From positions 1 through 64,000 of the forward strand of contig NW_021836159.1 in NCBI RefSeq assembly GCF_006345805.1: 64,000 nucleotides of DNA, written 5' to 3'. Positions 46,001 to 58,263 of the stretch are shown in pieces. Source of the stretch: Octopus sinensis (taxonomy: Eukaryota). The translations under genes were made by a program, and so were the position numbers. Within the stretch, counting starts at the first letter, position 1, and every line of letters begins with the position of its first letter. Under the pieces are notes generated by a model. It saw only the letters and a program-made list of their open reading frames with translations. It ran no database searches and was not told where the DNA came from.

Positions 46001-49000
46001 TGCACATATAGCAGAACTGCAATGAAATATATTTTACTGGTTATTAATTTCACCCAATACGACTGAACAGACTGTTGAGGTAGAAACTACTAAGTATCGT
46101 GACATTTGTATGGTTTTTGTCTATATAACACAGAGAAATAGGACTATTTACACTGTTCTCCTACGGTATTGCGTAGATGGAAGTTTACATTTATTTCAAT
46201 CAACACAAATGTTTCTATATTACCTGTTAAATTGAAGCATTATACTTCATGTTATACTGTTTCTAAAGATTTAAAGCTAAAGTTTTAATTTCTGTATAGA
46301 TTGAAATGACGAGAACCCATTCTATTCATACGATTTTCTTTAAGATTAGCTAGCACTTCGATTATCGCGAATCTGATCCCTAGCACTTCAAATTCTTGAT
46401 GATCTAAAGCTGAGTCATCGAAGTTTTCTTTTTAAACCCCATAAATACCATTATTATTCATGACAGTTTTCTAATAAAAAACAGTATTAATCCATGATGG
46501 ATTAACTCCTGTTATTTTTATTTAAATAGCGTCTCTCTGATCTGTAGTCAAGACAGAAGCACATGATTGCAAGCAAACAAACATTCGTTATTATACAGGG
46601 CTCCTGCTCCGTATAGCAGAAAGCTACGCTGCTATATAATACTTATTTACGGTGAAGCATTCTAATGAACGAGAGTTGAATATCTTTGTCATTATTCTCA
46701 ATATATAATAAATGATGCTTTGACACCTTCACCTGTTGACTGACACGGTGTCCATTCCACTGGCAACTGCTCAATTCAATACAAAGTAGATAAATCTCTG
46801 TTAAAATATCAACAAATTCTCTGTTTGTGAGATTGTAAATACATTCCTGAAATAAATGTAGTTGATTCACTTTCATTTTATGGAATTGCATTATTTATAT
46901 AAATAGAAAGAAAATATGTGCGTAAAAGATATGTATCGCCAACACTTTTTCAGCTGATCTATGTCGCAGCTCTCCTTGTAAAAATGATGCGACCTGTGTC
47001 CCAATGGGCTCTACGTTTAGATGCATCTGTAAACAGGGATACACAGGACAATATTGTAATAAAGGTATTTACTTTTTTTCTTATAACTTGTAAACTTTAT
47101 TTGTAGGAATTTGTGACACTTTTTAATCCTAATAATCGGAAAATTATCAACATGTATTTTATTTTAGCTATAACAATGCTGTTAATTGAATCTATTTCAT
47201 AGAATAAGCTCTTTTCAACGTGGACATCTTTAACATATGTACTCTCAGATTTGCACTTCTAAATACATTAGATATTTATACAGCATTCCGTCTGGTTCTA
47301 CATGTATTCCACCTGCTTGTGTGTTATGTACCTCCTCAAAAATATTCCAAGTAGTGGTTATTTGGTCATTTGTTTAACTGGACAATAATAATTCGTTGTG
47401 AGTGAAAAATAAAGCTCTTGGTAGTTGAGGTGTTAACCCATTAGTGCCCAAACTTCTTTATTTGATTTATACCAAACATCTCATTTATACAACATTATCT
47501 ATACAAAATATATTTTTTAAAATTATTACAATATTTAAAAAACACTCCAGTCTTCATGGCTAAAATACAGGTGTTGCAGAAATATAATAGATTATCTTTC
47601 TGGTCCTAAAAGAAGTACTATGGGTGCTAATGGTGGTTAAAAGTTAATATCTAGTACTAGTTTCATTAATACCATGCAGATATGAGTGGATAATTAACAC
47701 GTTAAAATAAATGGAAGTAAACATTTAAAAGTAGATAGGCATCTAACTGTCGAACAATTTTTTGTTAGCTACATGTTTTTAAGCAGGTGGAATTTAACTG
47801 CAAATATAGTTGAGAAGGTGTTAATAATAGTCCCTAAAAAATCTAGCAATGAAAACATGCATTATATTGCAATACCTCTGGTGTTATTTTAAACTGGAAT
47901 GAGTTTTCAGAACAAAGTTTAACAAAGTGAAAAATGGGTTAATATTGATTTATCTTAGGGATCGACGAATGCGGTCTGACGACGACTCCTTGTTTAAATG
48001 GTGGTATTTGCGTTGACGGAATTAATGGCTATTCCTGCAGATGTGCATATGGTTATACGGGACCCAAATGCGAGACTGGTAAGAATCATGAATTTCTATT
48101 TGAATTTACAACACTATAATAAACTAATGCCAAAATTTCAGCAAATGTAAGTATTGCAAACAATTTAGACATCAAGTTCCATGGTAAACTGAGAAAGACC
48201 AACGCACTCTAAAGATATATCTAATCAAAAATATGAAAAAGGAGAAAACAAATACTGCTTTCAATTGATTTGAATTCTATCGTCAATATAAATTATTTCA
48301 GCAGCTTTATAGCGACTTATTAATTTACTAAATGAAATTTTTTTTCAATTTCAAATTAGAAATATCTTTCTACTAAAATCATTTTCCTTCTTCATATATA
48401 AAGCCACATAAAAAATGTGTGACCTATCTCTTTATTTTGTTGGAAGACTAAGTCGGTAAGCGATAGGATATTCTCAGACTAGAAGATACAGGAGGTTGCT
48501 AATACAGTAATCTCTCGGCATATCACGGTTCACCCATTACAGTTTATTTTTCGAGCTTACGTCGATTCCTCCGTAGTGTTGTTTTGCATTTACAACATAA
48601 ATGCATTTATAAAATAAATATATAAAAATTATAAAAATAATAATAATAATATACAGTGCTGCTCCTTCTTCGTAGATTTTCACCTATCGATGGAGGTTTT
48701 GGAATGTCAAATACGCGATAGTCGAGGTATTACTGTATATCACATTAACATTCGTGAGGTAAAAGGTCTTTATAATTACTGTTTGTAATATGATGATCGG
48801 GTTTAAGAGGTAGAAGCGGGATTTGGAGTGGAACACGTGAGCATGACACGTGTGCAACTCGGAGATGTGACGAAGAAGGTTCATCCAGCAAGTTAAGAAT
48901 TTCACTATTAAAGCTAAAAACGAACTAGCCAGTGGTTAGATTTGAAGATTTCTAATAATCTGGAATATATCTATAAGCATGCAAAGAAGTCGGGGATTAA

Positions 49001-52000
49001 TGGTGTCCAACATAGATATGAGAGACACATTCCTTACTGAGTGATATCTGGATCTCACATAACCTAATTTCTACCAACAAATAAAGCTTATGTTCGCAAT
49101 TGCATTGAATACCACATTAATTTCGGCATTGGGATTACATGGTACAAAAAGATATTTAGAAAAGTAAAACAAAAATCATTCAAACGAAGTGAAATATATT
49201 ATCATTGTCCGGCAGTCGTTTACTTAATACATCTTTATTTCTATTATCAAATGATCTTATCTTAATTAAATTTCTATTTGAGAATAATTTTTGACGTTTT
49301 GTAGATGACCTGTGGGCTAAATTAGTAATTGTAAATCAATCATACTAATCGGATAGTGATTTTGACTCAATAACGATAATACTGTATTAAACAGGTCTGC
49401 TATAATTATAGTTAGCTATAAGACGTCTTAAGTGTGCTAGCATTGCCACCGAGTTGTAATTTAGAACAGTTGGAAAAAAACGCACAACATTATCTTATTT
49501 ACAAAACTGAATCTTTTTTGTGTTTGTATTTAAGTAAGGCATTTATGGATTTAGTGAATGTTGTTTTATTAAATAGTAAATCAAGTAGATTTATTCTGTT
49601 AATTTGTTTTTGTTTTGAATCTAGTTCTTTCAGCATGTTTGTCAGCACCTTGTATGAACGGTGGTCAATGTTCGAATGCAGGTACATCATTTGTGTGCCA
49701 ATGTCTTCCTAACTTTTACGGTCCTCGTTGTCAAATTGAAGATAAATGTCGCTCAGTGACTTGCCTAAATGGTGGCCGATGTACTACAACTAACTTTGTT
49801 GCGAAATGTAATTGCCCATCTGGATTTACTGGTCCACGATGTGAAAATCCCATTAATTCCTGTCAATCTTCACCGTGTCAAAATGGTGGAACATGCTATC
49901 CAAATGGAGTTCAATTCACTTGTCGTTGCCCTGTTGGACTCAGAGGACTACGATGTGAACAACCATTTTGCTCAGCAAATATCTGTCAAAATGGTGGAAC
50001 ATGTCAGCTTGTAAACAATCAAGTTTCTTGCATATGTCTCAATGGATTTCAAGGTAATAGATGCCAGGTGCCGATTCAGTGTTATCCACCATGTCAAAAT
50101 GGAGGAATTTGTAACACTAACACAAGAATGTGCAACTGCCCTCATGGATTCGTTGGCCCAGATTGTTCAAGAAGAGATGATTGCGCGTTAAATCCAAATA
50201 TCTGTCAAAATGGTGGAACATGTCAGCTTGTAAACAATCAAGTTTCTTGCATATGTCTCAATGGATTTCAAGGTAATAGATGCCAGGTGCCGATTCAGTG
50301 TTATCCACCATGTCAAAATGGAGGAATTTGTAACACTAACACAAGAATGTGCAACTGCCCTCATGGATTCGTTGGTCCAGATTGTTCAAGGAGAGATGAT
50401 TGCGCGTTAAATCCAAATATCTGTCAAAATGGTGGAACATGTCAGCTTGTAAACAATCAAGTTTCTTGCATATGTCTCAATGGATTTCAAGGTAATAGAT
50501 GCCAGGTGCCGATTCAGTGTTATCCACCATGTCAAAATGGAGGAATTTGTAACACTAACACAAGAATGTGCAACTGCCCTCATGGATTCGTTGGTCCAGA
50601 TTGTTCAAGAAGAGATGATTGCGCGTTAAATCCAAATATCTGTCAAAATGGTGGAACATGTCAGCTTGTAAACAATCAAGTTTCTTGCATATGTCTCAAT
50701 GGATTTCAAGGTAATAGATGCCAGGTGCCGATTCAGTGTTATCCACCATGTCAAAATGGAGGAATTTGTAATACTAACACAAGAATGTGCAACTGCCGTC
50801 ATGGATTCGTTGGTCCAGATTGTTCAAGAAGAGATGATTGCGCGTTAAATCCAAATATCTGTCAAAATGGTGGAACATGTCAGCTTGTAAACAATCAAGT
50901 TTCTTGCATATGTCTCAATGGATTTCAAGGTGATAGATGCCAGGTGCCGATTCAGTGTTATCCACCATGTCAAAATGGAGGAATTTGTAACACTAACACA
51001 AGAATGTGCAACTGCCGTCATGGATTCGTTGGTCCAGATTGTTCAAGAAGAGATGATTGCGCGTTAAATCCAAATATCTGTCAAAATGGTGGAAGATGTC
51101 AGCTGGTAAACGATCAAATCACTTGCGCATGTATAAATGGCTTTTATGGAGATAGGTGCCAGTTCCCAAGTCTGTGCTCTCCAAAATGTCAAAATGGAGG
51201 AACTTGTAATGTAAACACAAGAATATGCGACTGTCCTCCCGGATTTGGTGGTCGAGATTGTTCGAGAAGAGATCCTTGTGCTTCAAAGCCATGTTTGAAT
51301 AATGGCCAATGTATTGTACAAAATGATTTTGACTACATTTGTGCGTGTCGCCAAGGATGGAGTGGTAAAAACTGTGGGAGTACCACTACGCCTTGTTCGA
51401 ATAACCCCTGTTTGAACGGTGGACAGTGCTATCCTATGGGCAACAGCTTTACTTGTTATTGTCCACAAGGCTGGACTGGACAGAGATGCGGCAGTCAAAC
51501 CAATCCATGCACTCCAAATCCTTGCCAAAACAACGGCCAGTGTAGCATGTTTGGACCAAATGGATTCACTTGCACTTGTGCTAGTGGATGGTCTGGCAAG
51601 TTTTGTAACGAAAGTGGTTCAATCTATTGTCCGTCTCGCCATTGTTCTAACGGAGGAACCTGCATCCACACTGCCAACCAATTACGTTGCCGATGTCCAT
51701 TTGGCTTTAAAGGAATCTACTGTGAAGGTAAGCATAGCTGTTTAATGTTACATAATTTGTACTTGTGAACCGGATCCATAATTCGATTTTGATTTCTAGC
51801 GACAATCTTTTCACTTTACTTAGGTATGCGTTCAAAAATTGTATGGACATTAATTAGAATATACTGTTTCCTATTTCTATCTTTTCCAGAAATTAATATA
51901 AAACCAAATTACTATTACACATAATTATAATACAGTTAATAATTTTAAAACTTTTGACAATTTTAATATTCCAAATTTACATTTTTTTCATGAATTTCTT

Positions 52001-53675
52001 ATACAGTTCTAAAATTTTGAAAAATCCCTGATGTTCTCGAAATCAGATTGCTTAATCGTTTATTACCTTCTTCCAGCCTCTGGAAAGTGCCAGTTCAAAT
52101 CGCTTTTGTTTATTGCACATATAAACATTTCATTTGAATATTGCTGGAAAAATTTGCCCCCATTGAACTGTAAAATTGTTTTGCTGCTTTGAATAAGAAT
52201 AGAACTTATAAAAGCAATAAACAGATATACCAAGATAATTGTATTAAAGGAACTAACGGAAATATTTCATGGAAGCATTCCGCGTGCAAAAACACCGGTA
52301 AACTTGCAGCTATTGGAGTTCCCTATCTTACTATTTTTGTTCTTTTTTTAAATTTTAAATATTAATAAAGGAATTTTTGTTTCTTAATCCAAGATTAATC
52401 TTAGTTGGTAAACGTTTCCCAATTCTGAGACTTACATGATGTGTGTTATGTGTTTGTGTGCACGAACATATGTGTATATGAATGAAACTAATATGGCTTT
52501 TGATTTATATTGTTCTTTTGTAGTACCAGACCGCCAAGCAAGTAAGTACAATACCTTTAATTTATTACTAAATTTCAGGAGTTAATAAATTCATTTTCCC
52601 TATTTGATTTGCTCAAATTATTAACATTTATTCTGATCATTTCATTTGGCGTTTTTCAAACTGACTACCCCCACCTTAACGATTATGTGTTCACATGAGT
52701 ATATTTTTTTATGCCTTGATAAGGCTAGGAAAAAAACTGCGAATATCCATTTAAAGCATCCGTCTTCACTGCCTGAGAAATGAGAAAAAAGAGTGTCGTT
52801 AGTTCTATGTATTTAAATGATTTCAAGTTAGTAGCTTTAGGGTGGGCATTCAACAAACAGATGGTTCTGTTGGCATAAATATATCAAGAGGAAAACAGAA
52901 ATTTCAAATACACGAGATACTTACGTATACGGAACAGAGATGTAAGTACGTTCGAGTTGATACATATTGTGACAAAACGAATGTAAGAAATACATCAGAT
53001 ATTTATGCAGTGATTAGATAAACAGCTTCTTGCTGAGGGTAATTATTTTACAATGCAGGGTTAAATATGAAAGAAATATAAGATTCTGACCAGCTTTTCT
53101 GATACTGACAGCTAGTATGTTTTGGTTAAAAGGTTTCATTCACAATATATTGTTTACAAAAATTATCAAGTTAAAATTTTCTCTTTAAAACACAAAAATA
53201 GAAAAGAAAAATATACATTCGTTTTGAAATTTCTCAAGTCAGTTCATTGAATATGCAAAGCAAATATATTTTAGTAACTGATTAAGAGGATTTAACTCTT
53301 CCTCATGCTTTATCTTCATCTGTCATTGCCATATAGGAGTACATCTAAGATTCTGTTGTTAAAAATTATGTGCTGTAAATCGGTTATATTTCTACAATGC
53401 ACAAAATATTTTAACAATTGTTTTAATACAATTCCTAGTATTATTTAATATCAATAATATAATAGGCTTTTTTAAACATCAGAGTCCACCTGAATAAAAC
53501 AGGAATCAAAGGGGTCCATAGATGAAAACAAATAGTTAAAAAACACTAATTTGAATGAATTGAGATGAGAGTCGACGAAGATGATGGTGGTGGTGGTGGT
53601 GTTTATATTCATTTTAGTGTATAGAACCTATACAGCCACTATGCATTATCTTCTGATTAATACCCACTTGTACGC

Positions 53676-53715
<40 letters not shown>

Positions 53716-54480
53716 TTGTGTTGATTTTTAAGATTCATCCATATGTAATGAAGCTGAGTTGTTATGTACAATTGCTTGTGTTTTTAAAGGGATAAAAAGA
53801 GACCAGTCTCTCTTACGAAATGATTTGGGTTTCCAAAAGCAGTTAAAGCAATTCATCATTATTGTTTTAACATCCCCTTTTCCATGCTTGCATAGGTCAG
53901 GCAGGCACATAAGACCTTGCATCTGTCAGATTTTCTAGAGCTGAATACCTTTTTTACTGCCAACCCACACCTGTCTCCAAGTAAAAAAAATATTTCCTTA
54001 TAGCCAGACATGTTTTTGCAGGATACTGGAAATGAATAAACAGTCTTCTATGAAAGTGACACTCATTTACAACAGTTATGCAGTAGCAAGACAAGGAGAC
54101 ACAAACATACACACAATCACAATTGCACACACAAATAGATACATATATACACACACACGCACCTCATGTTGCCAGTCTAATCAATTACATAAATGTGATC
54201 ATCGATAAATGTTGACTTCATAAAATATAGAGATAATTAAAATGCTAAATTCATTTAATTGACACTTGTAATGAAAATTTATTTTGTTTACTTTTTCTCC
54301 TTAGGCTTCAACTGTTCTGAACCTACAGGTCTTTTCCCTGACCCACAAAGCTGTAGACATTTTTATCAGTGTGACTGGAATATTGCCCAGAAAAAGGATT
54401 GCCCTGGAAACTTGCACTTCAACAATGTCAAGAAAGTGTGTGATTGGCCATACATTGCCAAATGCAATATCGGACAATAA
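33115..54480 (+). CDS. Copy B, whole gene span: secreted Delta-like C2-DSL-EGFx21-chitin-binding protein, 10 coding exons, 3171 nt CDS, ~1056 aa
   Basis: Exons 33115-33171, 34078-34267 (or duplicate 35590-35779), 41930-42012, 44190-44357, 45481-45625, 46954-47064, 47959-48078, 49625-51727, 52524-52541, 54305-54480. Same phases as copy A, no in-frame stops. Confidence 0.88.
34078..34267 (+). CDS. Copy B exon 2, C2 N-half
   Basis: 190 nt, about 3 nt and 1 aa (T/K) different from copy A exon 2; splice sites intact. Confidence 0.85.
34610..34668 (+). pseudogene. ATG-less duplicate of exon 1 (first)
   Basis: caat-ttt-caatcaaccagtagattcctgctctgcgcttttcttgctacaataacttct|GTAAGT. The cagcATGc segment is deleted and the donor is retained. 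Confidence 0.8.
35590..35779 (+). CDS. Duplicate exon 2 of copy B, 1512 nt downstream of the first
   Basis: Coding sequence reads identical to 34078-34267, with intact acceptor and donor. Confidence 0.75.
36122..36180 (+). pseudogene. ATG-less duplicate of exon 1 (second)
   Basis: Same sequence as 34610-34668, offset 1512 nt. Confidence 0.8.
36412..36625. mobile_element. Palindromic foldback/MITE-like element, ~100-bp arms, ~12-nt loop
   Basis: aacttataaatgagggcaaacgaaaaaatttctaatgcc...aatacgcacgct / agcgtgcgtatt...ggcattagaaatttttttcgtttgccctcatttataagtt. Confidence 0.75.
36995..37860 (+). mobile_element. Penelope-like element 3' fragment (ORF C-terminus plus pLTR-like region with degenerate hammerhead core)
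   Basis: [32 protein letters not shown] resembles, from memory, the Y.I.W.I....Y....RC.LCL.EK tail of PLE GIY-YIG ORFs. CTGATGA 37733-37739 ... GAAAC-TA-GTA 37759-37768. Confidence 0.6.
38300..39835. repeat. Compound CA-rich low-complexity tract with internal 50-130 bp duplications
   Basis: Recurrent blocks cacacatacgtacatatccacgaacgcacatgcgcctccc (~38330, ~38725) and acacacatgcacacaaacaaaatacacacgcac (~38665, ~38835, ~39408). Confidence 0.9.
41930..42012 (+). CDS. Copy B exon 3 ([28 protein letters not shown])
   Basis: AG/GT boundaries, 83 nt, paralog of 8029-8111. Confidence 0.85.
44190..44357 (+). CDS. Copy B exon 4, C2 C-half
   Basis: 168 nt, AG/GTAAGT; overlaps ORF 44229..44423 ([42 protein letters not shown]). 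Confidence 0.85.
45481..45625 (+). CDS. Copy B exon 5, DSL domain
   Basis: [48 protein letters not shown]; same Cys spacing as copy A. Confidence 0.88.
46954..47064 (+). CDS. Copy B exon 6, EGF1
   Basis: [36 protein letters not shown]; phase 1-1. Confidence 0.9.
47959..48078 (+). CDS. Copy B exon 7, cbEGF-type EGF2
   Basis: [39 protein letters not shown]; phase 1-1. Confidence 0.9.
49625..51727 (+). CDS. Copy B exon 8, nineteen EGF repeats
   Basis: Lies within ORF 49615..51768. Acceptor atctAG at 49623-49624, donor G|GTAAGC at 51728; 2103 nt. Confidence 0.92.
49981..51075 (+). repeat. Coding tandem repeat: 5 near-identical 219-bp (73-aa, two-EGF) units, followed by a diverged sixth from 51076
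   Basis: ATCTGTCAAAATGGTGGA recurs at 49981, 50200, 50419, 50638, 50857 and 51076. Confidence 0.97.
52524..52541 (+). CDS. Copy B exon 9, 18-nt microexon (VPDRQA)
   Basis: ttcttttgtAG TACCAGACCGCCAAGCAA GTAAGT. Confidence 0.7.
54305..54480 (+). CDS. Copy B exon 10, chitin-binding type-2 domain and stop
   Basis: [57 protein letters not shown]. Confidence 0.92.
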
Positions 54481-57400
54481 ACAAGCAAACAGAATTTCCA
54501 TTATTCTAACTATTTTCCCTGCAATATGAGAACATGAAGAATCCATTCCACCATATGGAAATGTTAGTTTCATTTTGCGCATATATTAATGAATATTCAT
54601 TTTCTACAGCAATTATTTTCTCTATACACACACGTGCGCGAGCATGTACACACACATGCACACACACACACACACACACACACGTGTGTGTGTGTGTGTG
54701 CGTGTTAATATTTCTGTCTAATTCAAATGCATTATCCTGTGATTATAGAATAAAATAATGTATGCATAATTCTTTGTCATAATTCTTCTTGAAGCATTTG
54801 CAACCAAATCTATGTACGACATATTCAACAAATAAAACAACAGAACCTATTTTAGATTAGATTAATTAATATTGCTCTGAAAATGAAATAAACAAATTAC
54901 TAAGCTAATTTTAACAGTACGTCTTTGTTTTATTTTTGGACTTAATTTCTTTTTCATATTTCTCCCCTCGTTCCCCCTCAAGGTTTTTTTTGTGGGTTCT
55001 TTAGACATATCACTGTCATATAAATATCGGAACCAGTGCTGAGATCACAAGATGATATGCAAATTATTTTGAACGTAGTCACTCTATATTTTTTTCTCAA
55101 TGCACTTTAATATACTATACAGATAGTTTTAAATATATAAGCAGTTGTGATTTTGCATCCTACATCATAGAACTAGTTTACAACATAGAAGCTTCCACTA
55201 TTATACACTAAATCTCTCTCAAATTACTTTATTCAATATGTAGAAACACATTGAATAATGCAGTGCAATCCTAGGTATGCATTCCCTTAACAAAGAACTT
55301 GTCAAGTGTAGCTGGAATGTTTTTAGTTATAGGTCTGCTGGATGAGGACTGCCTTGAGGTTTCATAACCAACACAGGACAGTTTGCTTATGAAGAAGCTG
55401 TTGCTGTTCGTTGTGCTTCACAGTTTTTGTAAAGGACAGTAGTTACCTTGTTGATAATTGTCTATAAATTGTAAAATCTATATTATGAATATCCTGTAGT
55501 GGACATTATAAGACAGGATCCCTACTAGTAACACAATTTCTGTAAGAGACATTACTAGCTGGAAAACAAACTTTAGATGGATAGTGATATGTATCAGAAA
55601 AGCTTTCCAAAAGTGAATACACTGGAGAATCTACTATTATTGGCACCAGGATATAGACAGTCAGAATATCACTAGTTTTTTTTTAAAATTTTAGTCATTA
55701 AAAAATAATCAATTTCAACAAAATTCATATTAATGTTTTTCAAGTTTCCATTCATCACTCGATCGATTGATCACTGGATTGGCGTAATGGATGGAGAGAG
55801 AGAGGGGTAGGTGGTTGGAAAGAGAAAGGATGGACACATACATATAAATGACTGGATGGATAAATACATACATGCATATATAAATATGTGTATGCATGCA
55901 TTCATATAGAAAAGTTTGATAAACAACACATATCAACCAATAGTTTTCAAACTTAAATTTATTTCACTTCAAGAGAACATAGATAAATTGGTATATCTGA
56001 TGCATCTGAGAAAAATACTTTCAGCTGGATATTGTCAAAATAGTTCAGTTCATATATCAAAAACTTTCAAAATTTTCTGTTCTATTTTACTTTAAATAAT
56101 TTCACGTAAACTTGAATTGTTTACAGATTTACGATTTTCTTTTCTCAGATCTCGAATAGATACTTTAGAACTGGAGCTTTTATCTGCATCAGTTAAAGAT
56201 TTGGTTGTACTTTCAAGATCATCATCTACAAAAGAAATTAAGTTTTCAAAGTTCTTATAATATAAATGTAAATTCGTTCGCCCTTTGCATACAGGTTACT
56301 CTGTCAAATGTAATGTTTATTCATATTGTTTTGAATTAATCATGTATTATATTGTAGCTTAAAGGCATCACTGATATGATTATTTATTTTTAAAGGGACA
56401 GTGTAGGATAAGTGTAGCAGGCCAAATTTGGTCACTTTGAATATAAAAGACGTAGAATATTATGGATGCTTTAAATGCTAAAGGGTTGATTTTCTTACCA
56501 TCAGAAGCAAAAACAGTGAACATATTCCAGTACGTAAATAGCATGAACAATTTGTCTCAGCAAATTGCACAATTTATCTAAAAGTAAACTTCATGGGCAA
56601 AGTTAATATTTTCTAAGTCATGCTAAATCTATATATATACTACTAAAGCTCAGTGATCGCTTGCTTGCGTTCTTGTCTGTAATTTAATACAGCTAAACCA
56701 GCACATAATTGGAAAGTATTCTGAAGGTAACGATACCCCGAAAAGTGAATACAAACGGTATAAAACAGGTTTCATGTAAATTGAACCCCGAATTTCCGAG
56801 ATATGCGGGTGTTTTGGGGGTGGGGGAGGGGAGGGTACCTCCATAAATAACCTGAAAGGCATATAATGGAAAAATACTTCAAAAGCAACATAACCCTGAA
56901 ATGGGGACATATAATACTGTATAAACTTTTTCCATTAATTTTATGTTTATATAACAATTCCTTTTGCACTCTTGTAGAAGTGAGCACATATACCATAAAC
57001 AAATGTTGTTACTGGAGTTCAAGTTTATCCCAGAAATTCTATTTCTACTAGGTGTTGTAAATAATCAATAAAACCTAAAACATGAACTTATAAACCAGAC
57101 CTATGATGACACGGATGAATTGGAACATTTAACTGAATCATCATAAAATTAACTTTCATTTCAATGCAATGTTGAAATCAGCTTCAATGTTTTATAACCT
57201 GAACTATCAGTGACCCAACAGGTCATGGGTAGTCTCGTACTAAATAAAAATGAAGACATCAGAATATAACTAGTCAGATTTAATCAAAGATGAAATGGTT
57301 AACCTGTGGTCATTGGTACATAAAATTTTCAGGTCTAACTTATTTTGCATGTTGATGATTCTAATAATAACCTTGGTCTCCATGGCTCCTTATTTCTTCC

Positions 57401-58055
57401 CTTTCATCTATGTTTACACAAAAGTGAAAACTGGGATACAGAATTGCAGATGTACTAAACAAAGCATCCATTAAATGAGAGACAAGTGTACAATGAGACC
57501 CCTCTGTTGTAGCTTTATCTGCAATAAATAAATCTTCTTTAAATCATATATTAAACTTGAAATCATGAAAAATGATTAAGTTGGGTTCATCTCTATGACC
57601 AAGGTAATACAAAATGAATAAAGCTGTGCAGCCAAACAATACACGACAGAGAAATAAACCAACATATCTTTTACTTGTTTCAGTCATTCGACTAAGCCCA
57701 TTTTGGTGCACTGCTTTGATGGGTTTAGTCAAACAAATCGTTTCTAGTATGTTTTACTGGTCTTTTGCCTAACTGCTAAGTTACAGGGATGTAAAGAAAC
57801 CATCAGGGGTTGTCAGACAGTGCTAGGGTTGGAGTATATGAACAAAGACAGATAAACATATATTGACGAAAAATATAGAAATAAAACTGAATAATGATAC
57901 ACACACACACACACACACATATGTACACTCACAGAGACATACATACATACATACATACATACATACATACATACAAACATACATACATACATACATACAT
58001 ACATACATACATACGTACATACATACATACATACATACATACATACATACACATA

Positions 58056-58060
58056 GGTAG

Positions 58061-58142
<82 letters not shown>

Positions 58143-58166
58143 TGATAGATAGGTAGAAAGCTAGGC

Positions 58167-58263
<97 letters not shown>
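58056..58263. repeat. (GATA)n at the 3' end of LINE copy 3
   Basis: Direct inspection; adjoins a (TACA)n tract. Confidence 0.95.

Noticed and set aside
49981-51075. CRISPR-like or non-coding satellite interpretation of the regular repeats
   Set aside because: Contiguous 219-bp coding units without spacers, in frame within an EGF exon of a eukaryotic gene.
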